IMG/VR virus record: IMGVR_UViG_3300027708_000016
DNA from: a virus
Lineage: Duplodnaviria; Caudoviricetes
DNA: 64,000 bases
Strand: one strand, 5' to 3'
The position numbers were made by a program, and so were the translations under genes. Shown here piece after piece: positions 56,927 through 64,000 of the stretch. Within the stretch, counting starts at the first letter, position 1. The number at the start of each line of letters is the position of its first letter. A model generated the notes under the pieces. That model had not been told where the DNA came from and did not search any database. It saw nothing but the letters and a program-made list of their open reading frames with translations.

Positions 56927-58324
56927 ATGGATAAAAAACAGCTTCCTTTAGATTTAGTTGAGTATGAAAAGATAATCATATTCAACTCAATCATGGATCA
57001 ATCGTACTTGGAAACGATTTTTGATCACGCAAAACCTTCTTTTTTTAAGGATAAGGATATCAAAACAATATTTAATATTGTAAATTCTTATTACGAAGAG
57101 CATAATGCAGTACCAAATATAACAGAGATCAAAGCGCATTTGGTTTCCGAAGAAGATAAACAATCATTGAAGAGAGTTTTGTTGTCTTTTGATAAAATTG
57201 ATAAGACATATGATAAAGAAGTTTTGATAAAAAATACAGAAAGGTGGTTAAAACAGAAGGCAATTTTAAATACCTATTTTAATACTTCGGTAGATGTTCA
57301 AAGTGGCGATATCGACAGCGAAAATATTCTTAAAAAGTTTGAAGAAGCCTGTAACATTTCTTTGATAGATAATCTTGGGTTGGATTACTTGGAGAGTATT
57401 GATGAACATGTTGATGAGCTTCTAAAAACAGAAGAAAGAATCTCAACAGGGTGGAAATGGCTCGACAAAAACATTGGAGGTGGCTTTCTTAAAGATGGTA
57501 GAGCACTTTATGTTTTCTACGGATCAACAAACGTTGGTAAATCCATCTTCTTAGGTAATATTGCAACCAATATTCTTAATCAAAACAAAACAGTTGTTCT
57601 TATAACATTGGAAATGCCAGAGCATGTTTATGCAAAAAGAATAAGTGCATCCTTATCAAGGATTCCTTCCAATGATTTGAAACTACAAATTGAACCATTA
57701 AGGAATAAACTTAATCAGTATAAGGTTAAGAACAGTGATAGTAAATTAATCATCAAAGAATTTCCAACCAAAGGCATTACGGTTTTGGGTATTAAAACTT
57801 ATATTGAGAAACTTATTAAAAATGGTGTTAAACCCGATGCAATCATTTTGGATTATTTGAATTTGATTGCACCCAACACTGCCAATAAGAATTCTTATGA
57901 CACTATTAAGGAAATAACCGAATATGTCAGAGCATTAACTTATAAGTTTGAATGTCCAATCATTACAGCAACACAAACCAATCGATCTGGTTACAAAAAC
58001 GAGATGCCAGACTTAGAAACAACCAGTGAATCTATGGGATTAGCTCATACTGCTGATGCACAGTTCCCAATTTGGGTTGATGAAAAGGATTTTGAGCTTG
58101 GTATTATCCATTTGGGTATTGCTAAAAATCGATTTGGTGGAAGAGGTATTCATACACAATTAAAAATTGATTATCCAACTTTATCAATTACCGAACTTGA
58201 TGAAGTAGTGTTTAACTACACATTAAAGGGATCTGCACCCAAGAATTTAAATACAGATTCCAATCCAAGTATAACAGATATATTAAATAGTGCACAAAAT
58301 TATTCAAACGATGATGACATTTAA
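56927..58324 (+). CDS. gp41: Replicative DnaB-like helicase gp41
   Basis: ISTGWKWLD, GSTNVGKS, ITLEMPE, IIKEFPT, ILDYLNL, TATQTNRSG, SESMGL, KNRFG. Confidence 0.95.
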   Translation: MDKKQLPLDLVEYEKIIIFNSIMDQSYLETIFDHAKPSFFKDKDIKTIFNIVNSYYEEHNAVPNITEIKAHLVSEEDKQSLKRVLLSFDKIDKTYDKEVLIKNTERWLKQKAILNTYFNTSVDVQSGDIDSENILKKFEEACNISLIDNLGLDYLESIDEHVDELLKTEERISTGWKWLDKNIGGGFLKDGRALYVFYGSTNVGKSIFLGNIATNILNQNKTVVLITLEMPEHVYAKRISASLSRIPSNDLKLQIEPLRNKLNQYKVKNSDSKLIIKEFPTKGITVLGIKTYIEKLIKNGVKPDAIILDYLNLIAPNTANKNSYDTIKEITEYVRALTYKFECPIITATQTNRSGYKNEMPDLETTSESMGLAHTADAQFPIWVDEKDFELGIIHLGIAKNRFGGRGIHTQLKIDYPTLSITELDEVVFNYTLKGSAPKNLNTDSNPSITDILNSAQNYSNDDDI

Positions 58325-58347
58325 CGGTTTATGTATAAATAAACTTA

Positions 58348-58650
58348 ATGATTATAACATCATCACAACAATTTGATAATTTAAGTAACCCGTATGACGC
58401 ACTAAACATAGAAGAATTTGAAAGTATTACTTTAAAATTTGGATCATTTGTTTGTATATCAAAAGGTAAAAAAATGAACTATTTAAACTTTTTAAAATAT
58501 TTAGTAGACGATAAAAAAACCCAAAAAATATATTTTGCATTATTGGGAGAATATTCTTTACAAAATATTATAAAGGCTTATCTTGGATCTACGCCAAATG
58601 TCTATAAAAAGATATTCAGATCCAAATTAAACCGAAAAAAAGATGCTTAG
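58348..58650 (+). CDS. Hypothetical late protein
   Basis: TATAAATA at 58334-58341, 6 nt before the ATG. Confidence 0.6.
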   Translation: MIITSSQQFDNLSNPYDALNIEEFESITLKFGSFVCISKGKKMNYLNFLKYLVDDKKTQKIYFALLGEYSLQNIIKAYLGSTPNVYKKIFRSKLNRKKDA

Positions 58651-59290
58651 TCTATCAGATAAAGAAAAACAAATTTACAATTGCTATTTAAAATATTCTA
58701 GAAAGGGGCAACCATACACTCCTAGAAAGAATTTTTCCGATATCGATGCCAATACTTTTACGAATTTAAAAAAGATATCTTTAATTCTTTCTAAATTTAA
58801 TCATATAAGGATTGATGATTACTTTAAAGCTCCTTATATTCTTCATCCAGAAGATGCTTATCCTTCTTTAGTTTCTTTTACCACACTTTCTGCTACGAGA
58901 AATTATTCCTTGTTTAAAAAACAACAAGAAGACGAAGATCCAGAAAAGCAATTTGATAGTATCAAGGAAAGCTTTAGGTTCATAACAATGTTTTGTTTGG
59001 AGAATAAAATTCCATTGGAAAAATACTTGAGTCACAAGACAGGTTACATGACATCTTGGTTAAATCATTACAGAGAGCATAGAATCAATCCTTATGGGTT
59101 AATGGAGATGGATGGTATATTTGACAGCTTATCTTCTTTTCAAAAAGATGAGATTGAGTTATTTGCCAAAAACTTAAATGAAAAATTTGTTGCTTATAAA
59201 TCAAGATATATCTCATCAACCCCAACAAGGACTCTAGTGAAAGAGGCAACAAACAAAATTAAGAATTTTATTAAAAATAACTTGCAATAA
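58643..59290 (+). CDS. Hypothetical protein, possibly the gp59-like helicase loader
   Basis: 215 aa, helical, directly upstream of gp32 as gp59 is in T4; the sequence similarity is not convincing by eye. Confidence 0.4.
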   Translation: MLSLSDKEKQIYNCYLKYSRKGQPYTPRKNFSDIDANTFTNLKKISLILSKFNHIRIDDYFKAPYILHPEDAYPSLVSFTTLSATRNYSLFKKQQEDEDPEKQFDSIKESFRFITMFCLENKIPLEKYLSHKTGYMTSWLNHYREHRINPYGLMEMDGIFDSLSSFQKDEIELFAKNLNEKFVAYKSRYISSTPTRTLVKEATNKIKNFIKNNLQ

Positions 59291-59320
59291 ACAAAAACGC
59301 TGCTAAGATAGATTATAGAT

Positions 59321-60172
59321 ATGACAACTAAATACAACTCAAATATATTCGACTCACTCAAGGATGCGCTTTCCACAAAGGACGTATCAGAAAACAGTTT
59401 TAGGGACTTCTTGAAGATGGAGCCAGACAAGACCTACATTGTTCGCTTGCTTCCAAATCTTGCTGATGGTAAGAGGACTCGCTTCCATTATTACCAGCAC
59501 GTATTCCCATCTCTTCTTTCACAGAAGAAGGTTTCCTGCCTCTGCCCTCACACGTATGGTGAGAAATGCCCAATTGATGAGTATCGTAGCAAGGTTTATG
59601 CTGCAAAGAATGATACTCTTATTGATCAGTCTCGTCCCTTAAAAAGGTCTGAGAAGTGGCTTTACAATGCTTTGGTTATCAAAGACCCAAGCAATCCAGA
59701 GAACGAGGGTCAGGTAAAGATCATCAATGCTGGTATCCAGCTTAACAAGATCATCCAGAATGCCATTGATGGTGATGATAAGGATGAGTTTGGTTTCAGA
59801 ATCTTTGATCTCTCTCCAAATGGTTGCAATCTTCGTATCAAGGTTGAGACCAATGATGGTGGGTATCCAACGTATGTTTCTTCAAGGTTTGTTTCACCAA
59901 GTCCTGTTGAGGGTCTTGATGATGCTGATGAGATTTACAATCAGGTTAAGAGTCTTGATACTATCTTTCAACAGAAGTCGTATGAGGAGATCAAGAACCT
60001 CCTTGATTCTCATTTCTTTGGCAAGGAAGTTTCTTCGACTCCAACCCAGATTGGTGACACCGAAGAAGATGATGACAAGACATTTGAGGATGTAAAACCA
60101 GATGTTGAAAAACCAACACCAGTTCTTTCTGAACAGGAGAAGAAGGTTCAGGATATCCTCAAAGATCTCTAA
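59321..60172 (+). CDS. gp32: Single-stranded DNA-binding protein gp32
   Basis: IVRLLP, CPHTYGEKCPIDE, WLYNALVIKDPSNPENEGQVKI, FDLSPNGCNLRIK, acidic tail ending QDILKDL. Confidence 0.93.
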   Translation: MTTKYNSNIFDSLKDALSTKDVSENSFRDFLKMEPDKTYIVRLLPNLADGKRTRFHYYQHVFPSLLSQKKVSCLCPHTYGEKCPIDEYRSKVYAAKNDTLIDQSRPLKRSEKWLYNALVIKDPSNPENEGQVKIINAGIQLNKIIQNAIDGDDKDEFGFRIFDLSPNGCNLRIKVETNDGGYPTYVSSRFVSPSPVEGLDDADEIYNQVKSLDTIFQQKSYEEIKNLLDSHFFGKEVSSTPTQIGDTEEDDDKTFEDVKPDVEKPTPVLSEQEKKVQDILKDL

Positions 60173-60174
60173 GA

Positions 60175-60636
60175 ATGAATCGCCAACAAGAGGAAGCGTT
60201 AGAAGCAGCAAAACTTGCTGCTATGGTTGGGTCTCATCTTAGAACAATGGATCAGATGACCGTAGAAAGTTCAGATGTACCAGCTAATCGTATTGATTTA
60301 AATAAATTTATCAATAATGTTAGACAGCACGATCCAAGAAGAAACAATGCACCTAGACAAAATTTTGGATATAGAAATGTATCTAGTCCATACCCATCCG
60401 AAGATCAAGTTAGAGCAATGATTCCAGATGCACCGTCATTTGTTCCACCTCAACCTTCATTTGAAGACATAGCGGCGCAAATGATTCCGTTACCTTCTGC
60501 TCCATTGCCGCAGAATACACCGATTTCAAACGAATCACTAACAAATATTGAAAAAAATGTAGAAAGGATTGGTAATACTTTGGAAACTCTGTTAGAATTA
60601 GTTAATAAAATAACAATTCAACAAAGTGAGCAATAA
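60175..60636 (+). CDS. Hypothetical Pro-rich protein
   Basis: Intact 153-aa ORF between gp32 and the clamp-like gene. Confidence 0.6.
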   Translation: MNRQQEEALEAAKLAAMVGSHLRTMDQMTVESSDVPANRIDLNKFINNVRQHDPRRNNAPRQNFGYRNVSSPYPSEDQVRAMIPDAPSFVPPQPSFEDIAAQMIPLPSAPLPQNTPISNESLTNIEKNVERIGNTLETLLELVNKITIQQSEQ

Positions 60637-61381
60637 CAATCTTCTTCCAATTCCGAAAACATCTATTGAAAAGCTTTTAAAGCCTATCAATAGGGTTACA
60701 GAAAGCTGCGTACTGCGAACCAGTAGCGATAGTTTGTATTCTCTTTGTACTTCCGCTGATAATAGTGTAATTCTTTATGCTGTTTGTAATCTTCCGATGC
60801 AAATTGAAGATTCAAAACTCAATATTATTAATATCAAGAAGTTCTTAACTGGTCTTGATTGTTTGGGTGATGATGGTGAATTTACCATGATCATTGAGAA
60901 AAATAACATTAAGTGTCAGTCTAAGAACGATGAGACAGCCGAAAATGCTCATTTTAAATATCATTTGGTTGATGATGGTATTATTAAGGAATCAACTGTT
61001 AAAATTGAAAACATAATCAAATTAAACTTTGATACTGTTTTTGATATCGAGTTATCAAAACTCAGACAAATTATGTCAGGATATTCCTTTGTATCAGATG
61101 TTACAAAGATTTATTTTTACACAAAAGATGGTAGAGTCTATGCAGAGATTGATGATAAAACTATGCAGAATGTGGATAATATTTCTTTGATGTTATCATC
61201 AAATTACCAAGGAAAAGACATTGAACCAATCTCCATCAAAATTGAGGTTTTCAAGAGTTTGATTAGTAGCAAGTACCCTGTAAAGGTTAAGATTAATGAT
61301 GAAATGAAAATCTTTGTTTTTACTACAAAAGAAGATGAAAATGTTGAACTAAAATATATTGTTTCTGCACTTGTTAAATAA
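60626..61381 (+). CDS. gp45: Sliding clamp (gp45/PCNA-like)
   Basis: 251 aa with two-domain clamp-like periodicity (NIINIKKFLTGL; FDIELSKLRQIMSG); replication context. Confidence 0.65.
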   Translation: MSNNNLLPIPKTSIEKLLKPINRVTESCVLRTSSDSLYSLCTSADNSVILYAVCNLPMQIEDSKLNIINIKKFLTGLDCLGDDGEFTMIIEKNNIKCQSKNDETAENAHFKYHLVDDGIIKESTVKIENIIKLNFDTVFDIELSKLRQIMSGYSFVSDVTKIYFYTKDGRVYAEIDDKTMQNVDNISLMLSSNYQGKDIEPISIKIEVFKSLISSKYPVKVKINDEMKIFVFTTKEDENVELKYIVSALVK

Positions 61382-61402
61382 AATAAACCTATAAATATAA
61401 TT

Positions 61403-61741
61403 ATGTCAAAGAACAAGCTCACAACATGTAGTTATTTCATAAAACGTTTGCGTGATAGTGGATACGTTACCGATAAGGTATTTACGGATTATGCAGAATC
61501 TGATCCTCGTTCATGGACGGTCATCGTTGACCCAAAAGGTTCATCTGTTATGATTACTTGTTTTAATAATCATAATTATTTGGGTGAGGAGTATTTTGAA
61601 ATGCACGATGGTGGTCAATTTATACCCGAACATTTTAAAATTAAAACCAGTTCAATTGAGGTTTTAATTGAATATCTTGTAAAGTTTGGCATTAATAATA
61701 AAGCACAAGGTTATGGCTCCAAGAAAGAAGAAACCAAATAA
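61403..61741 (+). CDS. Hypothetical late protein
   Basis: TATAAATA at 61390-61397, 5 nt before the ATG. Confidence 0.6.
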   Translation: MSKNKLTTCSYFIKRLRDSGYVTDKVFTDYAESDPRSWTVIVDPKGSSVMITCFNNHNYLGEEYFEMHDGGQFIPEHFKIKTSSIEVLIEYLVKFGINNKAQGYGSKKEETK

Positions 61742-62117
61742 CACTGGTACACCTTCCTTATCTTCGGTTGACTCTATCTTGCACAAAATAGAAACAAATC
61801 CAAAAGATTTATCCGATGAAATAGCAAAGAAAGTTTTTACTGTCGTTTCCAATCTTGAACTTCAAAAAAGTATTGATAAGTTCATGAAAGAAAGTAAACG
61901 AGCAAATCAAATTTCAATGCGAGATCTAAGTATTCTTAAAGGAATAATGAGCGAATACTTGGATGCGTTTTTAGTTTTTGGTTATAATATTGAAGGCGAT
62001 AGAATCATTCTTCAAAATTTTAAAAATGCACGAGACCGAGATGCTATTATGGAATTTTTAAAAACAATTTTTCTTAAACAGCAACATGAGAATTTTTTAG
62101 ATCAAGACGATGAATAA
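61713..62117 (+). CDS. Hypothetical protein
   Basis: Probable start MAPRKKK at 61713, overlapping both neighbours. Confidence 0.55.
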   Translation: MAPRKKKPNNTGTPSLSSVDSILHKIETNPKDLSDEIAKKVFTVVSNLELQKSIDKFMKESKRANQISMRDLSILKGIMSEYLDAFLVFGYNIEGDRIILQNFKNARDRDAIMEFLKTIFLKQQHENFLDQDDE

Positions 62118-63111
62118 TATACCAACAGCAGATCCAATATGTGATGTAACAAAATTAAATCCTGCATTTTTTCCAATGGGGAGTGCAGTTACCGATCCAA
62201 ATTTCAACATACTTCCGTTTTTATGTAACCTTTTGCAACATGCTACTGACGAATCGATAGATCCAGTTTTAATCCCCCCAACACCTTATGATATCAGTCC
62301 TCATATAAATTTTACGGCTCTTACTGCCATAGGTGATCACCGATTTTCAGATGGAGATTTATTACATATAGCATTTGCTAATTTTTTACCAAAGTTAGTA
62401 ACTCAAGTTGAAGTCAAACAGGCAGGGGGTACACAGATAATAAACAATTATATTTGTGATTCAGATGGAAACCCAATAAAGCAATCACAGATTGCTCCTA
62501 TTTTAACCACGGTTGGCAATGGTAACATTAATTTGTTTGGTTATAACATTCCACCAATAGCTGATCCAAATGAATTACTAAAGCCATTTAAAGCAGAAGA
62601 CGTATTAGCAGTAGTTAATAATGCAATCATAAGTGGATCTAACAAGGATGCTGATGCATTTTGCGAATATTTGCAACTTTATTATCCAAAAGCTCAGTGG
62701 AATGCAAAATTGTTTGCATTCCCAAGACCACAATTTTTTTACGTTGAATTAGACTACGCACAAGATTCATCAATAGCAATATATCTTAAGTATCATCCTG
62801 AAATGCAATCATATGTTGCTAAAAAATTAGCAAGTGCTGGTTATATTGCTTCTGATGCAGAAGTAATAATTAAAAACAATACTTTGTTTGCAAATAATGC
62901 ATTAGCTAGAATTTTCTTAGAACCTATCGCAAATTATGTTACTTTGATTAATAATTCCACATTGGCAGTGCAGCATCAAATGAGTGCAGTTGATATATTT
63001 TCTGCAAAACCCAATGAGCAATATGTTAACATGGTTAATAGTTCCATAAGTGGTCTTAGTGGTATAACAACACAGAGTTTAAACACTGTTACAACTTATT
63101 TTAATAGTTAA
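62110..63111 (+). CDS. Hypothetical protein, possibly structural
   Basis: Intact 333-aa Pro/Asn/Ile-rich ORF. Confidence 0.6.
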   Translation: MNNIPTADPICDVTKLNPAFFPMGSAVTDPNFNILPFLCNLLQHATDESIDPVLIPPTPYDISPHINFTALTAIGDHRFSDGDLLHIAFANFLPKLVTQVEVKQAGGTQIINNYICDSDGNPIKQSQIAPILTTVGNGNINLFGYNIPPIADPNELLKPFKAEDVLAVVNNAIISGSNKDADAFCEYLQLYYPKAQWNAKLFAFPRPQFFYVELDYAQDSSIAIYLKYHPEMQSYVAKKLASAGYIASDAEVIIKNNTLFANNALARIFLEPIANYVTLINNSTLAVQHQMSAVDIFSAKPNEQYVNMVNSSISGLSGITTQSLNTVTTYFNS

Positions 63112-64000
63112 CAGACGTATTTTAAACTGGATTCAGCTGGTGGAACCAGATTACCATCTGGTGTAAAAGTTGTTTTAGCATCAACATAATTGCTTTGTTT
63201 AAATTCATCACCTTCAATATTGTAAGCTTGATTTCTGTATTTTGTTGGAGGGAATGAAAACGCACCACCACCACCACAAGAGCTTGGCAAATCCTTTGCA
63301 CTAGGTGTAGATGCCATAGGTGCGGAAGCAGGTGATGGTATATGACTTGGTGCAGGAGTTGCAGAATTTATACCACCAATATTACCATGCCAAGAACCAG
63401 CAGCAGTTGCATAAGCATGAGTATGGAAATCATCATAATGAGAGTGAACGTGTGGTTGCGTCCACACAGGAATACATGCGGGTTGAACCATAGCAAATCC
63501 CGTAATTGTAGCTGCACCAGCACCAACAACCGTAACCTGAGTTCCATAAACTGGTGCGGGTGCGGGAGGACCGTTAATAATATACGCCATTAGTGGATTA
63601 TAAGTCGTACAATCATAAACCATAGCATATCCAGTTGGTATACCTGTATTCGTAACAGGTAAATTCATTTTAGCACCTTGTATTGCAGTTTGAACTGTAT
63701 CAAACAACCAAGATAAAGTTAAAAGAGAGTTTAATGCATCAATTCCATCTTGTATTTTTTCTAAAGTTTTACCAATTGTATTATAAACAGTTGCCTGAAC
63801 ACCATTTGGTATTGGGAAAGTACTGTTATGAATTGCATCCCCTCCGTTATAGTGTGGAGATGAGGCAGGATCTGTAATAAGAGTCATTCCTCTTGTTATT
63901 GTGTTTGGAGTTGAGACATTACCATTACATGTTATTGTCCCAGTAACAACTAAATCACCTGTTACACTCAATTGACCTTTAACCATTGCCTTTTTTGCAT
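63108..64000 (-). CDS. C-terminal part of a baseplate hub/spike-like protein (5'-truncated by the window end)
   Basis: Frame is open to 64000. VKGQLSVTGDLVVTGTITCNGNV resembles a spike beta-helix repeat; His cluster PHVHSHYDDFHTH. Confidence 0.5.
   Translation of the reverse strand, partial: AKKAMVKGQLSVTGDLVVTGTITCNGNVSTPNTITRGMTLITDPASSPHYNGGDAIHNSTFPIPNGVQATVYNTIGKTLEKIQDGIDALNSLLTLSWLFDTVQTAIQGAKMNLPVTNTGIPTGYAMVYDCTTYNPLMAYIINGPPAPAPVYGTQVTVVGAGAATITGFAMVQPACIPVWTQPHVHSHYDDFHTHAYATAAGSWHGNIGGINSATPAPSHIPSPASAPMASTPSAKDLPSSCGGGGAFSFPPTKYRNQAYNIEGDEFKQSNYVDAKTTFTPDGNLVPPAESSLKYVC

Noticed and set aside
51975-58324. Inteins or introns in gp43, uvsX and gp41
   Set aside because: Lengths are typical and I saw no splice motifs or interruptions.
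58348-58650. gp33 late co-activator
   Set aside because: The position before the gp59-like and gp32 genes fits, but the sequence resemblance is too weak to call.
59400-60211. Four alternative-frame or antisense ORFs over gp32
   Set aside because: Explained by the codon bias of gp32; no promoters or recognisable motifs.
1-64000. Stop-codon reassignment
   Set aside because: Core genes are full length in the standard code, and TGA is used in ATGA/TGATG overlaps.
1-64000. tRNA, rRNA or other structured RNA genes
   Set aside because: Intergenic gaps are short and AT-rich, and I found no cloverleaf or T-loop signatures by eye.

Overview
AT-rich fragment of a large T4-like (Tevenvirinae/Kyanoviridae-like) myophage genome. 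It carries a portal (gp20), a block of tail-fibre-like genes, a gp15 tail terminator fused to fibre modules, a GroES-like co-chaperonin, a primase, a lysis cassette (muramidase, probable holin, candidate unimolecular spanin) and a large T4-type replication/recombination set (uvsY, uvsW, gp55, gp47, gp46, gp43, uvsX, gp41, gp32, gp45). The accessory content is dominated by glycan chemistry: about 20 glycosyltransferase-like genes, four sulfotransferases, an FkbM methyltransferase and a radical SAM protein. A ~15 kb glycosylation island sits between gp47 and gp46. It contains a RuBisCO-like protein that has lost the carboxylation residues, together with a sugar nucleotidyltransferase, a cupin and a PLC/GDPD-like phosphoesterase. 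I read these four as a candidate undescribed pathway making an unusual nucleotide-sugar donor. Two promoter classes recur: sigma70-like TTGNNN-N16-TANNNT(-like) and late TAA[A/G]TA. Both usually end only 5-8 nt before the start codon, which suggests largely leaderless transcription. I saw no tRNA, rRNA, CRISPR array or transposon. All family assignments come from motif recognition by eye, not from database searches.
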